Assembly: GCA_963824995.1 (NCBI GenBank)
Contig: CAWGRK010000003.1
Coordinates: forward strand, 62,001-125,606
Direction of reading: 5' to 3'
Length of the DNA stretch: 63,606 nucleotides
From: an uncultured Actinomycetes bacterium
Lineage (GTDB): Bacteria > Actinomycetota > Acidimicrobiia > Spongiisociales > DATADW01
Part shown: positions 1 to 9,553 of the stretch, in pieces
Position numbering within the stretch: the stretch's first letter is position 1
How the letters are laid out: each line of letters starts with the position of its first letter
Notes under the pieces: model-generated
What the model was told of the DNA's origin: nothing
The model's input: the letters and a program-made list of their open reading frames with translations, nothing else
The model's database searches: none
Position numbers and translations under genes: made by a program

Positions 1-85
1 CGGCGCCTCCACTCAGCGCCACGACCAGCGGGCCATCGGGAAGACAGGCAGTTGCGCCGAGCACCCGGCGGCGAATCTGGTCCAT
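1..85 (-). CDS. tilS: tRNA(Ile)-lysidine synthetase, 5' end (runs off window)
   Basis: Minus strand from ATG at 85 reads MDQIRRRVLGATACLPDGPLVVALSGGA, the start of the PP-loop SGGxDS motif. It follows the Rv3626c-like gene, as in conserved actinobacterial synteny. Confidence 0.8.
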   Translation of the reverse strand, partial: MDQIRRRVLGATACLPDGPLVVALSGGA

Positions 86-95
86 CAGCGCCCGT

Positions 96-1127
96 TCAGG
101 CGACCCGCGCCAACCACCGTCCCGGTTGCTCGATCTCGTCGAGCGAGGGGAGGCTGGCCGGGTCCTCCCAGACAGCGTCGAGAGCTTCCCACCCGGCAGC
201 CTCTTCCACACCCATGACGAAACGCTCGCCCAACTCGTACTGCTTCATCTTGAGATCGAGACCGGTGAGCCGGAAGAGAGCCGCCATCCGCGGGTCGGCA
301 CGACGAGCCTTGAGGAGGCGGGACATCCTCTCCTGGGTCCGGAGGACCCGCTCTCCCACACGATCCATCACCACGTGGCCATGACCCTCGAGCAATGACA
401 TCAGCGCCTGGACTCGCCGCAGCACGGCACGCTGCTCGGGGGAGGCGAACAGCCCGATGAGCCCGGTGTCGTCAACCACCGGCCGCTTGGTGCGCAGTGC
501 CTTTGCTACCTCGGCGGCGACACGGATGAGCCGGCCGGGCTCGGGTTGTGCGCTCTCGACCAATTCGTTCACCAGGCCACGGAAGTAATCGCGTAGCCAT
601 GGGACGGCGGTGAACTGGAGGCGATGGGTGCACTCGTGGAGAGCGAGCCAGGTGCGGAACTCGGTGGGGTCGAGCTGGTGCGTGCGCTCCAGGGCGAGGA
701 TGTTGGCGCCCACCAGTGTGACGATGTCCGCCTCCGACCCGGTGGGCAGCACCAACTCGTACTGGCCGAGGACCCGTCGCGCCAACAGTCCGAGGAGTGC
801 CCCGGTCTCTGCAGCGAGGACTCGCCGGCTCAGCCCAGCACTGGAGTCGCCGGCAGCTGCGGCGAGGCGTTCTTCGGCGGGTGCCAATAGCACGGCGAAC
901 GATGCGACATTCCGCTCCGCCCACTCCGACCGGGTGACGACCATGACCTCGGGCATCCCCCGGCTCCGCAGGCCCGTCTCCTCCTCGACCAACCGAGCGG
1001 CGCTCTCGACCAAAGCAGGCGCCTGCTCGGTTAGATGGTGAAAGTGGTACGAGCCCTCGAGCGGGTAACTACCAGCGAGCCGGGCGGCGACCCGCGATGC
1101 GCTCGACCAGGGGATGGTCGAGGTCAC
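96..1127 (-). CDS. Zinc-dependent metalloprotease (zincin, Rv3626c-like)
   Basis: HECTH (HExxH) motif plus MSLLEGH. Start moved to GTG at 1127, which overlaps the upstream stop (GTGA). Confidence 0.85.
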   Translation of the reverse strand: MTSTIPWSSASRVAARLAGSYPLEGSYHFHHLTEQAPALVESAARLVEEETGLRSRGMPEVMVVTRSEWAERNVASFAVLLAPAEERLAAAAGDSSAGLSRRVLAAETGALLGLLARRVLGQYELVLPTGSEADIVTLVGANILALERTHQLDPTEFRTWLALHECTHRLQFTAVPWLRDYFRGLVNELVESAQPEPGRLIRVAAEVAKALRTKRPVVDDTGLIGLFASPEQRAVLRRVQALMSLLEGHGHVVMDRVGERVLRTQERMSRLLKARRADPRMAALFRLTGLDLKMKQYELGERFVMGVEEAAGWEALDAVWEDPASLPSLDEIEQPGRWLARVA

Positions 1128-1498
1128 CGTACCGGCCGGTACCTGGCCCGAACCACCCGGACGAAGTATTGGATGATCGTCACCACCACGGCCAACCCAC
1201 CGATGACCAGCACCGCCGGGATCAGGTACCGATAGGTCCAAGGCACATCCTCGGGTAGTGCAGCCGTTTCTTCGACGGGAGCAGCGGGGACGATGGTCGG
1301 TCCGGGAGCGGTTGTCTCGGCACCGCCACCACCTTCGCCGGCGACGGTCGTTCCGGTCCCCCCGCCCTCTGCAACGGTGGTCGCAGTCTCCGCCGGCACC
1401 GTCGTCTCCTGGGCGACAGCGGCGCCACCTGCCAAGGGGACCGCCATTGCAAGGGTGAGCAACGTCAGAGTGAAGAAACCGAGGAGGCGATCCCGCAT
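1124..1498 (-). CDS. Small exported/membrane protein (signal peptide, Thr/Gly-rich linker, C-terminal TM helix)
   Basis: Hydrophobic N- and C-terminal segments; translationally coupled to the downstream gene. Confidence 0.7.
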   Translation of the reverse strand: MRDRLLGFFTLTLLTLAMAVPLAGGAAVAQETTVPAETATTVAEGGGTGTTVAGEGGGGAETTAPGPTIVPAAPVEETAALPEDVPWTYRYLIPAVLVIGGLAVVVTIIQYFVRVVRARYRPVR

Positions 1499-1540
1499 CG
1501 GGTCCGAGGATACCGCGCCGGGATCAGGGGTCGAGCCAGG

Positions 1541-1789
1541 TCAGGCCTCGCTTCCGGCCCCGGCTTCACGGAGCATCCGATGCAGCTTCTCCAACAGTTC
1601 AGCCGGGCACTCGTCCTGGCTGCGCTCCCTCACCACTTCGCGCACCCGGGTCTCGAAGACAAAGGCGACCTCACATGGTGGGCAACGACGCAGGTGGTAG
1701 CGGATCCTCACCTTCCGATACCAGGTCATCTCCTCGTCGAGATAGTCGTAGACCTTGGCAATCGCCTGATCGCATTTGTGGTCAGCCAT
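1541..1789 (-). CDS. rsrA: Zinc-binding anti-sigma factor (RsrA/RshA type)
   Basis: C...[11 protein letters not shown] motif; lies directly downstream of a SigR/SigH-type sigma factor. Confidence 0.85.
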   Translation of the reverse strand: MADHKCDQAIAKVYDYLDEEMTWYRKVRIRYHLRRCPPCEVAFVFETRVREVVRERSQDECPAELLEKLHRMLREAGAGSEA

Positions 1790-2360
1790 CTGCCGTCTCC
1801 GGGCTCACGAGTCCGCGTTGCGCTGCGAATTCCCACAACGCTCGCTGCAGCGCTCTTCTTCCACGATGGAGCCGAGACATGACCGTTCCGATGGGGATGT
1901 CCATGATCTCGGCGATCTCCTTGTAGGAGAAACCCTCGACGTCCGCCAGGATGACGGGGAGCCGGAAGTGCTCGGGCAGGCTCTCGAGCGCACCCTTGAC
2001 GTCGGCGTCCACCAACCCCTCGAGTACCTGCTCCTCGGCGCTCCTGGCGGCGTCCCCCGCTTCCCCGGCACCGATACGACGATAGAGATACAGATCCTCG
2101 ATCTCGCCCAGGTCCACCTCAGAAGGTTGCCGGATCTGCTTTCGGTAGCGGTTGATGTAGGTATTGGTGAGGATGCGGTACAACCAGGCCTTGAGGTTGG
2201 TGCCTTCCTCAAAGCTGTGATAGGCCCGGTATGCCTTGAGAAAGGTCTCTTGGACCAAGTCCTCGGCGTCAGCGGGGTTGCGGGTCATACGAAGCGCTGC
2301 CGAATACAACTGGGAGGCGAACCCCATGGCATCGTCTTCGAATTTCGCCTGATCAGCCAC
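1782..2360 (-). CDS. ECF sigma factor, SigR/SigH family
   Basis: [31 protein letters not shown] and [11 protein letters not shown]; probable GTG start at 2360. Confidence 0.9.
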   Translation of the reverse strand: MADQAKFEDDAMGFASQLYSAALRMTRNPADAEDLVQETFLKAYRAYHSFEEGTNLKAWLYRILTNTYINRYRKQIRQPSEVDLGEIEDLYLYRRIGAGEAGDAARSAEEQVLEGLVDADVKGALESLPEHFRLPVILADVEGFSYKEIAEIMDIPIGTVMSRLHRGRRALQRALWEFAAQRGLVSPETADG

Positions 2361-2412
2361 CCGCCCCGTCCCGGCTCGTACAGAGGGCGACCCTAGCCAG
2401 CGACCGGCACCC

Positions 2413-3654
2413 CTAATCCCGGGCCCGCTCCAAGAGCAACTCCCGCTCGGCGACGTTGCCGGCGAGTTGAGCGGCGCGGGAGAACTCGGCACGCGCCTCC
2501 TCGGACCGTCCCAAACGGTTGAGCAGGTCGCCGCGCACACTGAACAGCAGGTGATACCCCGCCAACCTCGGGTCGTCGGTGAGAGCATCCACCAGTTCCA
2601 GGCCTTCCTGGGGACCGACCGCCATACCAACCGCCACCGCCCGGTTCAACTCCACCACGGGTGAAGGTACGAGCCGGGCCAATTGGTCGTAGAGGCCAGC
2701 GATACGGTCCCAGTCGGTGTCTTCTGGTGTCACGGCCCGGGCGTGACATGCGGCGATCGCCGCCTGAAGGGTGTAGGGCCCGGGTTGCCCAAGCGCTTCG
2801 GCCCGTTGCAGGGCCACGAGGCCACGGTTGATCAGCAGCCGGTCCCACCGGGCCCGGTTCTGGTCGAAGAGCAGGACAGGTCTCCCGTCTGGTCCCGACC
2901 GGGCACGGAGACGCGAGGCCTGGATTTCCATCAACCCCACCAATCCATGAACCTCGCGCTCGGCGGGCATTAGCGTGGCGAGGATTCGTCCCAGCCGCAG
3001 CGCCTCCTCGCACAACACCGGCCTGATCCACCGCTCGCCTGCCGTGGCCGAGTAACCCTCGTTGAAGATGGCGTAGATGACCTCGAGCACCGAGCCGAGC
3101 CTCTCGGGCAACTCGTCGGCGGATGGGATCTCGAAGGGGATCTCCGCTGATGCCAGGGACCGCTTGGCCCGGACGATCCGCTGGGCGATTGTCGCCGGAG
3201 AAGCCAGGTATGCGTGGGCGATCTCCTCGGTGGTCAACCCCCCGAGCAGACGGAGGGTAAGGGCGACCCGAGCCTCCGACGAGATTGACGGGTGGCAAGC
3301 GGTGAACACCAGCCGCAACAGGTCGTCGCCTATGTCGTCATCCACCGCTTCGGCGACCCCGGCTTCGAAGCCAGTGTCCTGTTCGAGCCCACCACCGAGC
3401 ACGGCAACCTTGTGGGCGAGGCGTTCGTCTCTGCGATAACGATCGATGGCCCGCCTCTTGGCCACAGCCATGAGCCAGGCACCGGGCTTGGCGGGAACTC
3501 CTGACTTCGGCCACTGCTCCAGAGCGGCGACCAGGGCGTCGTGGGCGAGATCTTCGGCCAGTCCGACATCGCCGGTCTTCCTTGCCAGCGAAGCAATCAG
3601 ACCGGCCGACTCGATCCGCCAGACCACTTCGATCTCACGGGTTGTGCGTTCCAC
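2413..3654 (-). CDS. ECF sigma factor with C-terminal TPR-like extension (ECF42-like)
   Basis: Sigma region 2/4 motifs, [31 protein letters not shown]; adjacent to a DGPF gene. Confidence 0.9.
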   Translation of the reverse strand: MERTTREIEVVWRIESAGLIASLARKTGDVGLAEDLAHDALVAALEQWPKSGVPAKPGAWLMAVAKRRAIDRYRRDERLAHKVAVLGGGLEQDTGFEAGVAEAVDDDIGDDLLRLVFTACHPSISSEARVALTLRLLGGLTTEEIAHAYLASPATIAQRIVRAKRSLASAEIPFEIPSADELPERLGSVLEVIYAIFNEGYSATAGERWIRPVLCEEALRLGRILATLMPAEREVHGLVGLMEIQASRLRARSGPDGRPVLLFDQNRARWDRLLINRGLVALQRAEALGQPGPYTLQAAIAACHARAVTPEDTDWDRIAGLYDQLARLVPSPVVELNRAVAVGMAVGPQEGLELVDALTDDPRLAGYHLLFSVRGDLLNRLGRSEEARAEFSRAAQLAGNVAERELLLERARD

Positions 3655-3704
3655 GGGGTGCCATCAGAGCAGATCCCCCCTGGAACGCAACACCCGCCTC
3701 TACG

Positions 3705-4139
3705 TCAGCCCTGCTTGCCCTCCACGATGGCGCGGGTGCGCCGCTCCTGCTCGGCGACCTCTGGTGTGTACGCCTCGCCGAAATCCTCTGCCTCGACCAC
3801 CTGCCGGAGCTCGATCACGCTGTCCTCGCCGGTCGGGTTGGGGCAGCGCCGAGCCCACTCGATCGCCTCGTCCATCGACTTCACCTGCCAGATCCAGTAC
3901 CCCGCCACCAGTTCCTTGGCTTCGGTGAACGGGCCGTCGACCACGGTTATCTCTCCGCCCTTCCACTCGACCCGCGCCCCCTTGGAGCTGGGGTGCAGAC
4001 CTTCACCGGCCAGCATCACGCCGGCCCTTGCCAGCTCTTCGTTGAACTTGCCCATCTCGGTGAGCATCTGCTCGTCAGCCTCGGCCCCCTCTTCGATCTC
4101 GGGGGTGGACTTGACGATCGCCATGACCCGCATCCGCAC
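3705..4139 (-). CDS. YciI/DGPF family protein
   Basis: VDGPFTEAKELVAGYW motif. Confidence 0.9.
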   Translation of the reverse strand: MRMRVMAIVKSTPEIEEGAEADEQMLTEMGKFNEELARAGVMLAGEGLHPSSKGARVEWKGGEITVVDGPFTEAKELVAGYWIWQVKSMDEAIEWARRCPNPTGEDSVIELRQVVEAEDFGEAYTPEVAEQERRTRAIVEGKQG

Positions 4140-4182
4140 CTCTCCTCTCTGGGACTCGTATGAGTCTCTCCTTCACATAGCC

Positions 4183-4209
4183 GTCGATCGGGACGGGACC
4201 AGATCGACA
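4183..4209 (-). promoter_or_regulatory. Putative ECF42-type promoter (TGTCGA-N17-CGAC)
   Basis: Minus strand TGTCGA (4209-4204), 17-nt spacer, CGAC (4186-4183), upstream of the DGPF-ECF42 operon; resembles the reported ECF42 motif. Confidence 0.6.
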
Positions 4210-4268
4210 GGCCTGCGCAGATTCTTCTCGGCGTGACCCTGACTCGGGAGCCACTACGTTGACCCTCG

Positions 4269-4754
4269 ATGACGACCAGTTTCTCGTGGCGCGGAGAGTT
4301 CGAGAACGGAGAACTCAACCGGCTTCACGCCGAAGCGTTCCGACATCGCGTGTTCGACGGCGTGGAGTGGGACTGGTGCCGGCAGGTGGAAGACCACAGC
4401 CTCGGCTGGGTCGTCGCCAGGGAAGGCGAAGAAATCGCCGGGTTCATCAACGTCCCCTGGGACGGTCTCGTCCACGCCTGGTTGCAGGACGTGATGGTGG
4501 CGACTTCGTTTCGAGGTCGGGGAGTCGGAGCGGCCATGGTGCAACTGGCGGCGGAACGTGCCGCAATGGCTGGCTGCGAGTGGCTCCACGTCGACTTCGA
4601 CCCCGACCTGGAGCCGTTCTACATCGCCGCCTGTGGCTTCAGCCCCACCGGTGCCGGCCTCATCGATCTGGGAGAACGTCAACACCCCCCGGCTACCATC
4701 CCGGCTCCCGCCGGAGTAGCTCAGTCGGCAGAGCAACGCATTCGTAATGCGTAG
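4269..4754 (+). CDS. GNAT family N-acetyltransferase (3' end overlaps tRNA)
   Basis: V...FRGRGVG acetyl-CoA motif, EWLHVDF, FY..CGF. Confidence 0.85.
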   Translation: MTTSFSWRGEFENGELNRLHAEAFRHRVFDGVEWDWCRQVEDHSLGWVVAREGEEIAGFINVPWDGLVHAWLQDVMVATSFRGRGVGAAMVQLAAERAAMAGCEWLHVDFDPDLEPFYIAACGFSPTGAGLIDLGERQHPPATIPAPAGVAQSAEQRIRNA

Positions 4755-4782
4755 GTCAGGGGTTCGATTCCCCTCTCCGGCT
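4710..4782 (+). tRNA. tRNA-Thr (CGT)
   Basis: GCCGGAG/CTCCGGC acceptor stem, TAGCTCAG D-arm, ACGCA-TTCGTAA-TGCGT anticodon arm, GGTTCGATTCC T-loop; CCA not encoded. Confidence 0.95.
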
Positions 4783-4857
4783 CAGCAGCGCCGGCCGTCG
4801 CAAAGCCCACGGCGGTCAATCTGTGCGAAGCTCAATTCCGCGCTGTGAGCCGGCTGG

Positions 4858-5137
4858 ATGAAGGGTCTCCCACCCGGACAAGGTCCTCTTCTCACAGGTC
4901 GGCGTGACCAAGGGCGATCTGGTCGCCCACTACCAACGTGTAGGCGAGCGGATGCTCGAGGTGTTGGCCGGCCGGCCTCTCACCTTGGAGCGCTATCCGA
5001 ACGGCAACGAGCGTGGCGGATTCATGCAGAAGAGCGCCTCGGACCACTTTCCCGATTCGTCGATCTGGACAGCCAGTTCGACCGCTTCGGTCGACGTCCG
5101 ATTATGGCGTCTTGCTATCTCTCGATGTCGACCCTGA
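4858..5137 (+). pseudogene. Truncated LigD/Prim-PolC primase-polymerase domain remnant
   Basis: After ATG-AAG and an extra G the sequence reads VSHPDKVLFSQVGVTKGDLVAHYQRV...RPLTLERYPNG...FMQK. Homology is lost at ~5060. Confidence 0.75.
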
Positions 5138-5708
5138 TGAACGGGGCCGGTCTGGTCGGATGATTCGCTGGACCATCGGCTATGGCCGTGCCGTCGAAAG
5201 TCACCACGCCCACCGCGGTGGCCGCCCGCACCTTGGTGACGCTCCCCGGCGCGTTGATGGTTGTCTCCAGGCGCCCGCGACCCGTCCAGGTCACGTCGAA
5301 CGTCACTGGGTGGGCCACGCCGAAGATGTCCGTGGCCGTCCCCGAACCCACCGCAGTGATCCTCCTGAGGGGCCTGACGCTGGTGATGGTCGCCGGGACA
5401 GTGGGGGCACCCCAAGAGAACGAAGCGCCGTCCGGGCATACCGCCAGGAATTGGACCCTCACCGTCGGCTCCGGATCCTCCGTGTCGGGTGACTCGAAGT
5501 CACGCGTTGGCTTCACCAGCAGCGTTCCCTCCGCGATCGAGCCGTCGGCACATTCGTACGGCACCGCCCAGAACGCCTCGGCGGTCTCCTCGAAGAAGGT
5601 CGCCCTCTGGGCGGCTGCCGCCGTCGAGAGGATCAGAACCGCTACAAGCGCCAGCGGTACGACGGTCAGACGTCGCCACGTGTGCCTCGAGAACATTGGA
5701 ACCTCCAC
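5115..5708 (-). CDS. Secreted hypothetical protein
   Basis: Signal peptide ending AAAA-Q, two Cys, beta-rich sequence. Confidence 0.7.
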   Translation of the reverse strand: MEVPMFSRHTWRRLTVVPLALVAVLILSTAAAAQRATFFEETAEAFWAVPYECADGSIAEGTLLVKPTRDFESPDTEDPEPTVRVQFLAVCPDGASFSWGAPTVPATITSVRPLRRITAVGSGTATDIFGVAHPVTFDVTWTGRGRLETTINAPGSVTKVRAATAVGVVTFDGTAIADGPANHPTRPAPFIRVDIER

Positions 5709-5889
5709 TCGCGGGACTGACGGTGTTGACAGATTGACCGGGCCCCTCTACATCGACCAGATCTGCTCCTGAGTACGGATTGGCACAAGCTTGCGGTTCG
5801 CAGGACTGCGCGTGTTGGCCCTCGAAAACCGTCCGCCGCACAGGCGTGTTTCGCAGGAGGTTCGGGGGTAGTCCTCTCCCGGAGGATCG

Positions 5890-6051
5890 ATGCCAGTAAA
5901 TCGGGTTAAGGACTCCAAGCGCCCGTTATATCGATGGGGCGGGGGCAAGAAGTACGACTACACGAGCGGCGACAAATCCAGCCGTACGGCGGCCAGTAGG
6001 AAGGCCGGCAAGCAGGGCCGGGCAGCCCGAGCCAGCGGTTACAGGGGCTGA
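5890..6051 (+). CDS. Small basic 53-aa protein (below ORF-track cutoff)
   Basis: GGAGG RBS at 5881-5885, ATG at 5890; MPVNRVKDSKRPLYRWGGGKKYDYTSGDKSSRTAASRKAGKQGRAARASGYRG. Confidence 0.65.
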   Translation: MPVNRVKDSKRPLYRWGGGKKYDYTSGDKSSRTAASRKAGKQGRAARASGYRG

Positions 6052-6060
6052 AGTAGAGCG

Positions 6061-7284
6061 TCAGTGCGGTCGTTGCACCGGAATGACCTCGGCCGCGGAG
6101 AACCCCCCAGACAGGCGGTAGGCGGCGTGCTCGATCAGTCGCCGTCGTGGAACCCGCCAGCACCGAAGAGAGTGGTGGCCCTCGTGCATGAGACAGAGGT
6201 TGCAGGAAGTGCAGGCGACGAGCCCTTCGCGTCCGGACTCGATCTGCCGAATCAGATCCGGCTCCCGAATCAGAGGGCGAGCCATGGCGAGGAAGTCAGC
6301 GTCACCCGAATTGAGGACATCCCGCATGGTGGTCGTCGTGCGCAGACCACCGACCAGGATCACTGTCGTGTCTACATCGGCGCGGAGTGCCTTCGCCCAG
6401 TCGCGGAAATATGCCTCAGGGGCCGGCGTGGCGAGCAACCGGTGGAACAGGAAATCCCCCAGCGCCCTCCTCCGATCGACGGCGACATAGGTCTTGGCCG
6501 AGTCGGTTGGAGCTTGCATCAGACCGGAGGACACCTCGATCCCGTCGACACCGGCCGCGACCAGCAGCGCGCTCCGGCGGACGGAGTCGATGAGATCAAC
6601 GCCGCCGGGGACCGCGTCGACCATTCCGACCTTCATCGTCACCGGGAAGCCGGCGGGTACCGCCGAGCGCACCGCCTCGACAATGACGAGGGGAAGACGA
6701 TCTCGCCGCTCTGGCGAACCACCCCACGCGTCCCGGCGCCGGTTGGTCACCTCGGAGGCGAACTCGCTGATCAGATAGCCATTGGCTCCATGGATGTGTA
6801 TTCCGTCGAAGCCGGCTCGGACGGCACGGCCAGCCGCAGAGGCAAATGCCTCGACCGCCTCTTCGATGTCGTTTTCACCCGCTTCCTCGACATCTGCTCC
6901 TGTGAGCGGGTTGGGAACTGGCGACGGGGCTAGTGGTCTGTTCTCGGGTACTCGCGACTGGCTTCCGGCATGGGCGAGCTGCGCCAAGATCGGTGCGCCT
7001 TCGGCATGCACGGCTTCGGTGAGTCGACGAAGCCCCGCCGTCTGCTCGTCCCTGTGAATCCCGGTCTGCCCACGGGCGTACCTCCCACGAGGGTGGGTGA
7101 ACATGTGACCGGTGACGATGGCGCCCAACGAATTGGCCGCGAGCCGGCAGTACAACTCGACGAGCCCGTCGGTCACCTCTCCGTCTTCCACCGTCGCCAT
7201 GGATTCCGACGTTCCAGCCCTGAGTATCCGGTTTCTCACCTTCAAGGTCCCGATCGTCCCCGGCTGGAAGAGAACGTCAGTCAT
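6061..7284 (-). CDS. NADH:flavin oxidoreductase (Old Yellow Enzyme family)
   Basis: QLAHAG, GFDGIHIHGANGYL, NRRRDAWGGS, C-terminal CxSCNxC...C. Confidence 0.9.
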   Translation of the reverse strand: MTDVLFQPGTIGTLKVRNRILRAGTSESMATVEDGEVTDGLVELYCRLAANSLGAIVTGHMFTHPRGRYARGQTGIHRDEQTAGLRRLTEAVHAEGAPILAQLAHAGSQSRVPENRPLAPSPVPNPLTGADVEEAGENDIEEAVEAFASAAGRAVRAGFDGIHIHGANGYLISEFASEVTNRRRDAWGGSPERRDRLPLVIVEAVRSAVPAGFPVTMKVGMVDAVPGGVDLIDSVRRSALLVAAGVDGIEVSSGLMQAPTDSAKTYVAVDRRRALGDFLFHRLLATPAPEAYFRDWAKALRADVDTTVILVGGLRTTTTMRDVLNSGDADFLAMARPLIREPDLIRQIESGREGLVACTSCNLCLMHEGHHSLRCWRVPRRRLIEHAAYRLSGGFSAAEVIPVQRPH

Positions 7285-9553
7285 CGATCTCAGCCAGAGC
7301 TGACAGCAGTGACTCCGGGGTTACCGGGAGCCGATCGACGGTGCCAGGACGGCCCAGGGCGTGGTCGATGGCGGCAGCGATGGCTGCGCCGGCGGCGGTA
7401 ATGCCGCCCTCCCCAGCGCCCTTCACACCGAGCGGGTTGAGTGGGCTCGGAGCCTCCTCGAGAACGATGGTCTCGACCGCCGGCATCTCGGACACGGTGG
7501 GGATGAGATAGTCGGCAAAGCTGGTGGCGAGCGGTTGCCCCTGCTCGTCATATTTGAACTCCTCGAGGATCGCTCCCCCAACTCCTTGAGCCACACCACC
7601 GACCAACTGGCCCTCGACGAGGGCGGGGTTCACAGCCCTTCCGAGGTCGTAGACGACCACGAATCGCTCCACTGAAACCCGACCCGTTCCACGATCGATG
7701 ACGACGAGCGCCAGGTGCGCTCCGTATGGGTATGTCATGTGGTCGGTGGCGAACCACTCGGTCGCAGAGAGGCCAGGTCGACGTCCGGCAGGCACGGCGA
7801 ATCTCGCCGAAGCACGTTTGGCCAACTCTCCGATCCCCAAACGCGGTCCTCCCGGAGAACCACGAACCCAAGCCACTCCCGACTCGATGACGATGTCCTC
7901 GGGTGCAGCCTCCAGCACTTCTGCCGCCATTTGCGCAGCTTTGAGCCGGACAACCCGCGCCGCGAGGTGGGTCGCCGATCCGGTCATCACCGTCACACGG
8001 CTGGCGAAGGCGCCCATGCCCGCTTCGATCCGATCGGTTTGGCCATGGACGACGGTGATCGCTTCGACATCGACTCCCAGTTCCTCGGCACACACCTGGG
8101 CGACGACAGTCTCGATCCCCTGCCCCATGGAGGCGGCACCCGTCACCACCTCTATGGCACCCGCCTCGTCCACGCTCACCTTTACGCCGTCGAATGGACC
8201 GAGCCCACTCTTCTCGACAAACAGCGCCACTCCGCAGCCGGCGACATCGCCATCGAGGCGTCGCTGCTCGACATCACGCATGAGGTCGGCCAAGGCACCG
8301 ACGGCATGCTCCAACATGCCCGGATAGTCACCAGAGTCGTAGACGACCTCGGTCCCCAGCGCCAGTACGCCCCGTTCGAATGGCATGAGTGTGATGAGAT
8401 TGCGCCGTCGCAACTCGACGGGGTCCAGATCGAGGCGATGTGCGATTGCGTCCACCAACCGCTCTCGGGCGAAGGTCCCCTCGTATCTGCCCGGGCCCCT
8501 ATAGGTGCCTGCCGGGGTCTTGTTGGTGACGACGATGTGGCCGCGCGATCGATACGAAGGCACCCGGTACGGACCGGGGAGCATCGCCGCCGTCAGATCG
8601 GCGACGGTGGCCGCGTGGGTTCGTAGGTAGGCACCCTGGTCCAGCCAGAACTCGTCGTCGATGGCGAGGATCTCGCCGGCCGAACTGACCGCTGCCCTCA
8701 GCCGGTGAATCTGATCTCGAGAGTGGTTGGCCGCAACGAGGTGCTCTCGGCGGTCCTCGATCCAACGGACCGCCCGCTCCAGACGTAGCGAGGCGAGAGC
8801 CACCAGCACGTCCTCGGGATAGAGCTCACCCCGCACACCAAAGCCTCCACCCACATGGCCCTCGTGCAGATGGACCTTCGAGGGGGGAAGCCCGAGCATT
8901 CTCGCTATGGCGTCTCGGTTGTAGTGAGGCAGCTTGGCCGCTCCCGACACGTGGAGGACGCCAGTGGCGGCGTCGTGCCACCCCAAAGCTCCACGGGTCT
9001 CCAGCGGTACGCCGGTGTGCCGCCCAATGCCAACCTCGATCTCCACTACGACATCAGCCGCGTCGAAGGCCGCATCCAGATCGCCGTACTCCTTGCTGAC
9101 AGTGGCGGCGTGGGAGGGGAGGTCGGGCGGAATAACCCCAGGCGAGCGAGGGTCGAGAACAGCCGGCAGGTCCTCGAGATCGATGAAGACGAGATCGGCT
9201 GCATCCTCGGCCAGGTAGGCATCGGTGGCTATGACGAGGGCGACCGGCTCGCCGACATATCTCACGAACCCACTCGCCAGGATGGGCTGTCGATAGGGGG
9301 TGAGCTCGGGCAGCAAGACCTGCCGGTACTCGATGGGTGGTATCTCACGGACATCGTCGGCGTCCCACACGGCGACGACACCCTCCGCTTGACGGGCGTC
9401 GGCCAAGTCCGTTGCCACGATGCGTCCCGAGGCAACGGGCGACCGCACCACCCTCATGTGCAACATTCCCGGCAGGACGATGTCTGCTGCAAACCGGCCG
9501 CGACCTCTGAGAAGTGGTGGATCTTCGAGCCGTTTGACCGAACGGCCGATCAC
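7277..9553 (-). CDS. Molybdenum hydroxylase (xanthine dehydrogenase family) large subunit
   Basis: IGRSVKRLED, VGGGFG, TYRGPG, GQLVGGVAQG, KGAGE. GTG start at 9553 overlaps the upstream stop. Confidence 0.92.
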   Translation of the reverse strand: MIGRSVKRLEDPPLLRGRGRFAADIVLPGMLHMRVVRSPVASGRIVATDLADARQAEGVVAVWDADDVREIPPIEYRQVLLPELTPYRQPILASGFVRYVGEPVALVIATDAYLAEDAADLVFIDLEDLPAVLDPRSPGVIPPDLPSHAATVSKEYGDLDAAFDAADVVVEIEVGIGRHTGVPLETRGALGWHDAATGVLHVSGAAKLPHYNRDAIARMLGLPPSKVHLHEGHVGGGFGVRGELYPEDVLVALASLRLERAVRWIEDRREHLVAANHSRDQIHRLRAAVSSAGEILAIDDEFWLDQGAYLRTHAATVADLTAAMLPGPYRVPSYRSRGHIVVTNKTPAGTYRGPGRYEGTFARERLVDAIAHRLDLDPVELRRRNLITLMPFERGVLALGTEVVYDSGDYPGMLEHAVGALADLMRDVEQRRLDGDVAGCGVALFVEKSGLGPFDGVKVSVDEAGAIEVVTGAASMGQGIETVVAQVCAEELGVDVEAITVVHGQTDRIEAGMGAFASRVTVMTGSATHLAARVVRLKAAQMAAEVLEAAPEDIVIESGVAWVRGSPGGPRLGIGELAKRASARFAVPAGRRPGLSATEWFATDHMTYPYGAHLALVVIDRGTGRVSVERFVVVYDLGRAVNPALVEGQLVGGVAQGVGGAILEEFKYDEQGQPLATSFADYLIPTVSEMPAVETIVLEEAPSPLNPLGVKGAGEGGITAAGAAIAAAIDHALGRPGTVDRLPVTPESLLSALAEIDD

